A stretch of 64,000 bases of DNA from Vermamoeba vermiformis (taxonomy: Eukaryota), in NCBI GenBank assembly GCA_045837725.1, contig JBEWZL010000284.1, positions 1-64,000 on the forward strand. The letters are read 5' to 3'. Positions 53,098 to 64,000 of this stretch are shown here, one piece after another. A program made the position numbers and the translations under genes. Position 1 is the stretch's first letter, and each line of letters opens with the position of its first letter. The notes under the pieces were generated by a model. The model saw only the letters and a list, made by a program, of their open reading frames with translations. It did no database searches and was not told the origin of the DNA.

Positions 53098-54287
53098 ATG
53101 GACGAGAAAATTGAGCAAACGGAGGTGGAAGCGACCGTTGAATATGAGATCGGCTCCTTTTACGGAATGAAGGAGGGCACGATCGATTTTCTGCATTTGC
53201 CTATTGACGTAGTGTATATTTTGTTCGACCGATTTGATAAAATCGATTTAATGGTGTAAGTTACAAGCACAATAGAATTTAAATGCTGAAAATTTTAGCC
53301 GTTTGATTGATTAATAAATCGTTCATAGAGTGCGAACGGTTTGCCGCGGATGGAACGCCACGTACTGGACCATCTTTACGTCATTCAACTGGCGCATGTT
53401 TCCTAAAGAAAAATTCGACGGTCAAATGCTCTATTCACTCGCTAAACGGCTTGGCAGCTTGAAGCGAGTGGATCTGTCCAACTGCGAACTAATCCCGACA
53501 GCCACTACTATCGATGCATTGTCCGCAGTACCAGGTCTCACTGACCTCAATTTGGCAGGCACTCAAGTCAACAGCCCTGAAATGGTCCGTGTGTTGGATC
53601 AACTGCCGCACATCCGTCGACTGAATCTATCGTACACTGCGATCAATGACCGCGTTGTGTCAAAGATTTGCAACTTATATGGCTCAACCTTGCGCGAGCT
53701 TCGCATTGACAGCTGTCAAGTGCTGCTCGACAACTCGTCTCTGTCGCAGTTGAAGAAACTCGAGATCTTGTCGTTACGACAGTGCCGCAAAATTAAACCA
53801 GAAGCACTGGAGAACATTAAAAATATGACTAAATTGCAAGAGCTGCGATTAGTGAACAATTCCAATATCAGTTCACAGCTGTTGAGCCAAGTTCTTGCCT
53901 CGTTGCAACAGCTCCAGATCTTGGAACTCGGATTTTACGACTTGACGCCCCAACTTCTCGACGCAATACTGGACCGAAGAGCGCTCGATTCATTCACTTT
54001 TCATCAGCTGTATAAAGTAGATAACGACACGATCCTGCGCATTCTCGAGAAGATTAAAAACTACGCGCACAAAGGCAAGTTTTTCTGACCTCAGAAGGTA
54101 AAAAACAAAGTAACTTACGGTGATTTAACTAGGCATGACTATGGATCCAGAAGCCATTCAACTACTCGTGCAAAATCTTCCTCCCAATCTGCAACATGTT
54201 CATTTTGAAGGCATGGACGGATATCGTGAACTGTCCTTTACAATTAGCCCTGGCACAGAAAACGAATACCGCTGCCAGTGGCATTAA
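53098..54287 (+). CDS. F-box/LRR protein (FBXL-like; 3 exons)
   Basis: FLHLPIDVVYILFDRFD...V|VRTVCRGWN (F-box), then LRRs such as LKRVDLSNC, LTDLNLAGT and LEILSLRQC. The last exon is tentative and needs a GC donor at 54075. Confidence 0.85.
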
Positions 54288-54493
54288 ATCACATGAAACG
54301 CTCGTCTGAATTCAAGAGCTGTTTGAACATAAATAGAGAAGCCGTTCTGGAAGCTATTATGCAACCTCTTCGACGACTATGGAATTCCAATCGAAGATAA
54401 ATATTTTTATTGTATTACTACAACTGCACCTTAAGTAAGTATGCTGCCAATAATTTAAAATAAATAATTCCGACTCCGTACCAAAAACATTGC

Positions 54494-56874
54494 TTATTCA
54501 GAGGTGAATACGAACTTCAAGTAGATCTCTCCTTGAGCCTTATTGCCGCCCTTCTTATCCTTCAATGCAAAAGGCATGATGACCTCGCCTTTCTCGACGA
54601 CCAAAGCGAGGATCTCGCTCAAAGTCCAGTGGATCTGACCCAAAAAGTCATCGGTGATCTTGTCCTTGTCCCACACTTCGACTTTAACCACTTTATCAGG
54701 ATTGTAGCTACTTTTCGTGACGACTAACAGTTCTTCCCAGACAGGGTTCAAATTCTTTTTGATCACTTTGCTCTTGGCTTTGCAGTACTGCTTGTCCATA
54801 GCGCTGTCGCATAGTGACAATACTACGTAAGGGTCTGAAAATCCGTTGCTATCTGCTGCTGCGAGATTGGTGGCTTTTTCTACAAAGACGCGAACGCCGT
54901 TCTTTTTCAATGCATTCAGAAACGGTTTACGAAGGGCGCGGTACTTCTCTTGCTCTAAAATAAACCGCATTTTAATGACACTTCCAAATATGGCAGACGA
55001 GGATTGAGCGTACCTATTTCTTTTCCGGTCTTGAAGTCCCAACCAACCACTGAATACTTCAACGGATTCAATTTCCAATCAAACCAGCAGCTTAAAGTAG
55101 TCTCTGTAATGCCAGCAGAGAACGAGACTTGAGCACGACAAATGTCTTCTGCGTTCTTATCGCCGACTTGGATGTCGAACTTGATTTGGTCGGGAGACGA
55201 TGAACGGAACTGCTCGCTCAATTGTTTATGAGCTGAGTTAAGCTCGGAAGTCAAACTCGAGTCAACAAGATCCCTAATTCAACGTTAAGTACTGAGCTAT
55301 TAAAGTTCATGCTTTGTTTTTTGGCGTACTTAGCATCCTGGAGTTTGCTTGTTTGAATAAGACCGAGCAAACATTTCTTCGTTTTGGCAACCAACACTTC
55401 TTTCACAACGGCGGGGTCTACTTCAATGACATGCGTTGCGGAATCAGGCTTGACATTGAACTGAACCAAGATGCCAGAGATCCACTTGAACTCGTACAAC
55501 ATATTGAACTTCTCGTAAGCCAAACGACCGTCGACTTCCACTGACTTCATGTTGTTGGCCATAATTTCTAGAGTTTCAGTTGCTTTTTTCAAAGATTCCT
55601 CGATAGTTTCTGCGTACGTTGTTAGCAGCTAATCTTGTTTGACACGTGTCATTGTTTTCATACCAGTCATAGACCCGCCGTTCGAAAAAAATCGCTTGAA
55701 TTGTATTTGAAGGACAGTAGGGTCTATTATATCCTTTAAACTGCTGTGCATAGTTGCGACAAACTTGTCCGTTTCGAAATGCACAACTTGTTCGAGTGCC
55801 TCGGAGGCCATCTTCAGACCTATGCCACACCATTAGATATTATCTTGTCACTATAAAGCAATCATTTTTTACCATCACCCCACTGGGTATCTTTTTTGAC
55901 CGACAAGATAGTAGAGCAGAAGTCAAAGCCAATGATTTCGCCTGTCAACAAAAGGTCAGATCTGAAACAATTCCATTTTTGGCTGCTACCTTTCATCGGG
56001 GATGGGAACACCCAAGTAATCGTTCCTCGACCAGTTGCAAATTCACGTTCAATTTTGAAGTTCATCACCAATCGCGAGATTCCCTCCTCTACCGAAGAAA
56101 ATTATGATCTGTTTGGTGTACTATACTTGCCACTTACTTTCAGATGTTGATGCCACTTCGGGGATATTATCTGGGGTTACGGAAATGAATTTTCCGAGTT
56201 CTGATCGGTTGAGCTCTTCGTTGATCATTTGCTGTAGATCTTGCGAAGCCGATCAGATCTTACGCAACGTCACCCAAATTAATAGACTTACCATCCTCGC
56301 CTACTTTACCACGAAGGCCAACATGGAAGTAAGGAAAAACTCCAGAAGGGTTACCAGCGTAAAAGGCTTGAATTACCGCTTGAGATCTCTCGACATAACT
56401 CGCCGTCTCGATTTCCTTGACAAAAGCGGTAGGAGTTTTGGCAGAGTATAAGAAAAATGCCATAATCACGTCGTCAGGACCGAAAGTAACAGAGAATTCG
56501 AGAGTTCCATTAGCGAATTCAAGTTCTCCAGATCTGATCGGATTAATTAGCAATCAATCATTAATTTATATTAGTACATAGAACAATTATTACAATGACC
56601 AAACAAAAAGTTTTGATCACCCCAATACGCATCTAACTTACTGAGATTTCGTTTTGCCTTGTACGACATACGAACCAGCTGGCTTATCTGATAGTCTCTT
56701 TACTCTTACAAAAGAACCAAGCGCTTTGTTGATCGCACGGACAAAGTGGATCAACAGGGGCAGTTCGAACTTGGCTTTGAGCTCCGGATGGAAGATTTGG
56801 TAGACAGAGGGCACGTCGTTTTTTTGTAACGGCAATAAGAACTTGTTCTTAGCGGTCTCGGAGATATTGCCCAT
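54494..56874 (-). CDS. C-terminal C2-domain protein, tandem paralog A (multi-exon)
   Basis: MGN start and an unrecognised alpha/beta N-terminal region. C2 domain: VFVEKATNLAAADSNGFSDPYVVL...NLNPVW...VEVWDKDKITDDFLG. Confidence 0.85.
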
Positions 56875-57209
56875 TGCTTAGGATCTGATCTGGTTACGAC
56901 TCACGTTGAGTGGTTGAAGCCGAAGATATTTGAGTTAATGGTGGCAGCTCGAATTCCAAATTTATAGCTGACATGTCACATCGGTGTCAATTAAACCACG
57001 CGACCCGGCCTGATTGAATTTGTGTCACAGATTGCGTAATTTTGAAAGTGGAATTCATAAGCACTGCAAAAGGCAACAGTGTACCGATTGTACATAGCAA
57101 AAGAATGGCTATTCGTAGTATTTCGTAATCTAAAGGATTTAATTCATAATATAACACGCTCGAATAATTTAAAAAATAAATAGTTCCGACTCCGTACCAA
57201 AAACATTGC

Positions 57210-59667
57210 TTATTCAGAGTTGAATACGAACTTCAAGTAGACCTCTCCTTGAGCCTTGTTACCATCCTTCTTATCCTTCAATGCAAAAGGCATGATGACC
57301 TCGCCCTTCTCGACAACCAAAGTGAGGATCTCGCTCAAAGTCCAGTGGATCTGACCCAAGAAGTCGTCAATGATCTTGTCCTTGTCCCACACTTCCACCT
57401 TGATAATATCCGAAGCAAGGAACACGGCACCTTTGACATTGACACCAGCATTAAGTGTCAACATTTCGTTCCATACAGGGTTCAAGTTCCTAATTACGCA
57501 TCATTAATTACTGCTGCCTGCATAACCAAATAATGTTGCCGTCACTTACTTCTTAATGATCTTGCTCTTCGCTTTGGCAGATCGCTTGTCAGTCTGTGAG
57601 TGGAGCGACAAGACGACATAAGGATCAGAGAAGCCGTTGCTGTCTGCAGCTTCGAGGTTGACTGCCTTCTCGAAGAACACTCTTAAGCCGTGCTTTTGCA
57701 ACGCCTCCCATAAAGGAGCTCTGATTTCGTTGTACTTCTGCCACTCTGCAACACACCTGTTAGCACCGCTGTAGTAAATCTCTTTCGCCTTACCAATCAT
57801 AGCATCGCTCATTATATCCCAGTTAGTGATGTAACCGCCTTGGAGAGGGTCCAACTGCCAATCGATCCAGCCCGAGAAACTGTCTTTGCCCAGGGCGAAC
57901 TTGACGGGGACTTTCCAAACGGGGTCGTTGCTTGTCGTAACGTGAATATTGAAGGTGACTTCTTCGAGGTTCTTGGGCTTGATCTTTTCACGGATGTGCA
58001 CTTGAGTCTTGTCCAAGTGTTGAATTTGTTGCTGCAAGACTGCGGGGCTGATCAATGCTCTAACAGCGAATAGATTAAGATCAAGTAATTAATAATAACA
58101 TATCACAAGGCACGTACCTCGCTTCAGCAATCTTGCTCATCTCGATGATCTTGACAATGAAGAGCTTGGACTTGTTTTCAATGATCTTAGCCACAGACTC
58201 GAGGTCGTCCTTGATATGAGCAGTAGAGTCAGGGGACACGTTGAACTCGTAGATTTTGCCGCTGAGCCAAGAGAGTTTGTACTGCAACTTGAACTGCTCG
58301 TACGCCAAGGTACCAGTGACACTGACCATTTTGAAGCCATTTGGTGCGCTTTCAAATGTTTCAGAGGCCTTGGCTAAGGACTCATCGACGGATTCTAGTT
58401 ACCTTAATAGTTAATATCGGCTCAAATCGATCGATCGGATGGATCTTACCGGTAGGATTGCCAGGGAAGTTACGAGTAAACAAGTGCGAAAGAACGTTCG
58501 GATCAGTCTTGTCTCGCAGACTCTTCATCGTGAGATCGACGAATTTGACGGTATTCTTATCGACGACGGCTTGAAGTGCATCCTTGGACAATTTTTTACC
58601 TGAATCCGATCGGATTAGCGTTCGATCTAACGTAGTAGATGTGAGCCATGTTATTACCTTCACCTTCCTTCGGTTCGTGCTTCATTGAGATAACATTTTT
58701 ACCAAATTCGAAGGCGATAATAGTGCCTAAATAAGTTTTGTTGTAAGTAAATTTTTCCGTGATCTCAGTGGCTTGATTTTACTTACCAACCATAGATTGG
58801 AAGACCCACTTAATGGTACCGCTCATAACGGCGTTTTCACGTTCAACACGGAACTGAAGAATCAATTTCGATTCGTGATCAGCTAAAAATAAATAATTAT
58901 AAAACCGTTTTCTTTAAATTTAAAACTTACATTCGTCGTACTGGGTGTCTTGGATCGCAGGAATGTTATCAGGTGCAGTCGAAATAAATGCTCCAAGTTC
59001 GTCGCGGTGCAGTTCATGGGCAATCATCGCTTTCAAAGCTGGATCGAATTTAGCAACGTAAGATATCTTATCTTTAGAAAATAAAATCATCACTTACTTG
59101 CAGTAGGCGCAATACGACGTAAGTTAGGATGGAGCTCTGCAGACACGGTTGCGTGGTCATCATGGTAAAAGGCGTTGATCACGCGCAAAGAACGCTCCAC
59201 ATAAGTTGCTGTCTCAATTCGCTTGAGCCAAACTTGATCGAGGTTGGGAGAAAAGAGTCTAAATGCAGTAATGTGCTCGTCCGCTCCAAAGGTTACTGAA
59301 TATTCTAAAGTTCCTTTTTCGAAGATGAGCTTTCCTCCTCTATAAATTTAATTAATTACGAGCGTTTAAATTATGAAACTAATGTGCTAATACACATATA
59401 AGTATAATATCAATTTTAAGGAATAACTTACTGAGTTTTGCTTTTGCCCTTATCAGATGACCAGCCAACAGCTTTCTCAATGTTCATCGGATCCGCTTTA
59501 ACGAAGGCTCCGAGGCTTTCGTTCAACGCGTGCACAAACTGGGCAAGCACTGGAAGCTCAAATCGAGCTTTGAGATCCGGATGGAAGTTGTTGTAGAAAG
59601 TGACAACATCGTTACGTTGCAAAGGCTCCAAAAACTTGTTCTTAGTGGCTTCTCCTACGTTGCCCAT
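57210..59667 (-). CDS. C-terminal C2-domain protein, tandem paralog B (multi-exon)
   Basis: Colinear homolog of paralog A: MGNVGEATKNKFL, FHPDLKARFELP, and the same C2 motifs. Confidence 0.85.
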
Positions 59668-60141
59668 GCTTTTGTCTGTTTGGTGTTGTCGATTATTGTC
59701 TAACTGACAATGAACAACAATTGCTATTTAAAGTCGTTATCTCCACGTGCCAGATTTTCGTTCCCATCAACTTGAAAACCGAAAACGGCAAGATAGAATT
59801 GCAAAAACGAAGCGAATTCTTGACACGTCACCGATCGTTCGTTGATTTTTGGAATGCGCAAAGTGGAATTCTAGGATCTGTTCGTTTCTAACAGGAGGAA
59901 GCGGATCTGCTATCAATCAAAATTTATTGGTATTATACATGTAACAACAGATTAAGACAATAGAACATCGTGCTAATCGCGTGAGTATCCGAACACGCTA
60001 CAAACGTTAACGGATAACGAATATCATTATTGAATAATTTTCGATTAGCACGTCTATCAATATTTAAAACAAGATTTCGCAAATATAACCAGTGATAAAA
60101 AATGTACAAGGTGGAGAAAAATTGGAAGGATCTACGTTGGC

Positions 60142-63100
60142 TTACGACTGAGGGCCTAAAGCCTGGATTTCAGACTGTTGCGGATGATCCATGGAGTGAC
60201 CGTTGGGCAGATCAGATTGCGTAGTTTCAACAACGTAAGTAGTCGTAGTAGATTGTTGATGGGATCTATCCGTCAGCGAGTTTCTATCCGTTGTCACACG
60301 CGGCGAAACAAGGCCACTGGCGCCAATATCGTTCAAGTACGAGAGCCTGTCGCTAGGGAAGAACGGCGTCACGAGATTCTTCATGACTTGGTTCTTGAGA
60401 GGGGTCTCAATAGGAACCAAAGGAGCTTTAGAATCGGGTGTTGGGTTGGTCATAACAGCGCTCGTATTGTTGGTGCTCATCGGGGTTGTGCTGTTGACTG
60501 GAGTCACGGGAGCGGAGGCAGAGACTTGAGGAGACTGCACGGACAACTGAGGTACACCAGTAGGCTGCACAACTGAGATATTGGGCATTGTTTGCACAAC
60601 TTGAGGGTTGGGAGGAGCAGTCACGACAGGCTGAGGCACGAAGTGCGACGGCATGCCGACGTGAGGTTGCATCGAGACACCAGCAGCCAACAGCTGTTGT
60701 TGTTGAAGCAATTGTTGTTGCTGCAACTGTTGGAGTTGTTGCAATTGAGGGTTCTGCTGTTGCAACTGGAGTTGAGCCAGCTGTTGTTGCAATTGCGCAA
60801 CTTGCAAGGGCTGTTGCATCATCATCGGCTGTTGCTGAGGAACACCAAGTTGAAGCAACTGAGGATAGAGCTGCAACAAGGTTTGCAACGGGATCGTCGT
60901 GCCGTTGGGCAGAGTAACTTGCTGTTGCAATTGTAATTGAGGTGCCAAGAACAAAGCATTGAGCAAGTTCTGATCGAGCTGCACTTGAGGTTGCGGCTGC
61001 TGAACGACTTGTTGACCAGTGTACTGTTGTGCTTGATTGGGGTCCACAACTTGCTGAGGCACTTGTACAGGTTGTTGCACTTGCACGGGTTGCTGAGTCA
61101 CTTGCTGCGTGTACTGTTGCGCGGCAAACTGTTGGGCCTGGTTCGGATCAACCACTTGTTGGGGCACTTGTACAGGTTGTTGCACTTGCACAGGCTGTTG
61201 AGTCGGTTGTTGAACATAAGTCTGACTGTTGGATTGCATCATTCCACCAGGATTCATGAGCATTCCTGGTTGAATCACTGCAGACGACCGCCGAGAACCT
61301 TCGCCTGCTGAATGGTAAGGAAGTCCCATCAGCTGTTGGGCCAATAGATTTTGATCGATAACGGGTTGTTGAGGTATTGTCATTGGTGTCTGTACAGGTA
61401 GAGGTTGGTTGATAATGGGTTGTTGGATCATGCCAGGCTGAATCACGGGCTGTGCAATTGGCTGCGCAATAACAGGCATAGACTGGATGGGAAGCTGTCC
61501 GCCAGCCGGGTTCGAGCCACGAAGCTCGGGTGTGTTAAGGCCAGATCCAGGAACTGAAGTTGGCAAAACAGGCATTGAAGTCGGTTGTCCCATTACCATA
61601 GGCTGTTGGGGAATGTTGACTTGAGGTTGCAATACCATGCCTGCTTGCGTAGCTTGGACGGGCATCGAAGTAGGTGCCATTCCTTGATTGGAGTTCATGT
61701 ACGTGTGGAACGCGGATCTTGAAGTGTCAGGAGATCCGACGTGACTGCCACCGTTACCAGTGCCTTGGCCAGAAAACGACGTGGAGGGAAGCATCATTGG
61801 TGGGGAGTTAGGCAAGTTCATGCCGTTCAAGGCTTCGTACATCTCAGGTGAAGTGAAGAGGCCTTCAAACCTGCGATCACCTTCCAGCATGACTGACCTG
61901 CGCTGTTTCTTGCGTTCTAGCTCTTGAAGTTCGTAGTTTTGTCGCTCTAATAATGCTTGGATTTGACCTTCTAAAACCTTTCGCTCGCTGTCGTGCTTTG
62001 ATTTCAATTCTTCTGCGATTTGGCCACTGACTTCGAGCGGGGCGATAGAACCAACTACTTGGACGGACATGCGCTTGAGAGCCTTATCGTCAATGTGAGT
62101 CATGCGAGGTGTAAGAACCTGAGCAAGGCCAGCACTCAAATGCTTTTCACGCGTCGTGAGCTCGTGTTCCGGTGAGGCGGCTGTGCCAGATTCAGCGCTG
62201 CCAGTAGGCTCTTCGGGTACAGCAGGGTTGCGAGCAGCGCTATCCAGAGCGATGTTTGGCCTTGAGGGCGAGGCTGTAATATGGAAATCTGTCTTGGAAG
62301 TCTTGCGGAAATGACGCTTGATTGTGCCCTCGCCAAGTGCGCGCTTGACGCTCGCTTGTTTGCGAACCCACTCATCAACACGGTTCTGAATGTAGCTTGA
62401 TACCTTGTTAGTGTGTTGTTCTGGCAGACCGAGCTCGTGGATCAGCTCGATAGCGACTCCAGTAGCAGTGTCAGTGAGCAAGTGGAACTCGAATTCGATG
62501 TCAATAGTCTTCTCGGGTGTTGTTAATCTGAGCTTCATGGGAATAGTGAACATCGCCTCTTGCTTCTTGTCGTCGTCTCCCATGTCGGAAGCGGCGTCGT
62601 CAATGTTGTTTCTGACTTCGGTCTTGAACCGAGGAATGACAGGTTGAGAAGTCTGTCTGCGTAAGTTAGCTTGACGCTTCTTGGCCAAGCTGTCTTCAGA
62701 CTCGGGCTGAAGTGTGTCCAACGAGAGGTCATCGTCAGAGTCCTCTAAGTATGTATCCAAAAGCCGTGATGGAGGCCCACTAGTGGACAAAACTGCCGTA
62801 GCAGGATTCAGGCTTGGCAGATTAGGATTTTGACTTCGGCTAATGAAGCGCGTGCGTTTGGTTTCCTTCTTTTCAGAAGTGCCAGAGCCAACACTTTGAT
62901 TGCTTGTCTTTCTTGACGGAATATCGTCGAACTCATCATCGTAGGCTGTGATTGGCACGGGACTCTCGCCTCTGCTACCAGTCCTGCTGACTGTTCGGCT
63001 ACGCGACGCTCTGATATCCAAGTCCGCGGAACTGTTGAAGTCATCGTCTGATGTCAAATCATTGTCACTGTATTCAGAATCTACTCCTGAAGACGAGTTG

Positions 63101-64000
63101 TTTCCTCGAAGAGGCGGTGACATTGGCTTAGTCATAGACACAGGGCGCGAGGAACCCGAGGACCCTGATTGCTTTGGTGTGACCAAGAAGTTGGCTGAAG
63201 TTTTGTCGTCATCCGATGAAGGGCTCATTGGAGCTATGTCGGCAGCTGTAATTGTAGGATCAAAGGTCATAACTGCAGGATCTTGTTGAGCAAGCCAGGC
63301 GTCAATCTCTTCGTCAGATCGCATGTCCAACAATCTGTCATTTTTGTCGTCATCACTGCACGCCAGGAACGGGTGTCGAAGCAATTGTGCGGCTGACTTT
63401 CTGTCACGAGGGTTTGTTAAACAGTCCAACAGGAACTGAAACACTTCAGGGTCTTTGATTCTAGCGAGTGCGCGAGGTCTTTGGCCCTATAAGAAGTACT
63501 TTAATACCCACGCTCGGGCTATCGAAAAAATGAAATTCTTACCGAAGAAACTTTCTTGAAAATTGATGCTGGGTTCGAGCATTCGCTATAAGGATATTCT
63601 AGCGTGACCATCTCTAAGACTGCCATGCCAAAAGCCCAAATATCGACTTTTTCGTTGTATTTCTCTTCGTAGAACTCTGGAGCCATAAACTCGGGTGTGC
63701 CAATGATACTGAGCGGGGCTTGGACTGTAGCAATGGTAGCTAAGCCCAAATCTCCGATTTTAACTTCGCCGAGCGTGCCATTAATGAAGATATTGTCGCA
63801 CTTAATGTCACGATGAATAATTGGAGAGGGACGCGTGTGCAAATAATTGAGGCCTTCTAGAATTTGAATGCACCAATTTTTGATTACGCGCAGCTTCACT
63901 TTGGTTGCCTTTCGAATAAACCTACGTACGGAACATGATTAATATGATTGCAACACCGAATAATTCCACGCCAAGCTAAAAGTTGTATCGAAAATTCGCT
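60142..64000 (-). CDS. WNK: WNK-family protein kinase (5'-truncated by the window edge)
   Basis: [45 protein letters not shown]...[10 protein letters not shown], a CCT-like domain [19 protein letters not shown], a coiled coil and a Q/P-rich tail. Confidence 0.92.
61024..61200 (-). repeat. Internal coding tandem duplication in WNK (2 copies, about 105-nt period)
   Basis: [24 protein letters not shown] occurs twice. Confidence 0.85.

Noticed and set aside
60178-63289. Multiple plus-strand ORFs over WNK
   Set aside because: These are antisense shadows of low-complexity coding sequence.

Overview
This is a gene-dense, AT-rich, intron-rich eukaryotic region. It looks like an amoebozoan-type protist, but that taxon is an inference and is not verified. 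It uses the standard genetic code, with mostly 50-250 nt introns. Gene spans were hand-spliced, so internal exon boundaries are approximate. Contents: five paralogs of a signal peptide + PA-domain + 7TM receptor-like family plus an orphan last exon; a NAT16-like GNAT; F-box/TPR, TM-F-box-polytopic and F-box/LRR genes; an SDR; an ER/K helix + tandem-CH protein; an RNI-like LRR protein; DDX46; a sterol desaturase-family gene; DUF268; an NAD(P)-binding protein; a helicase-less family A polymerase; a patch of decayed gene fragments; an atypical Rho GTPase split by an intact 6660-bp Ty3/gypsy element; an ENPP-type phosphodiesterase; two tandem C2-domain genes; and the 3' part of a WNK kinase. The most notable signals are (1) a palindromic RGATCY motif enriched in host DNA and often spaced about 130-155 bp apart, (2) the PA-7TM family, (3) gag and pol in the same frame separated by a single UGA (candidate stop-codon readthrough), and (4) several GC-AG introns. 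No rRNA, tRNA or CRISPR features were recognised.
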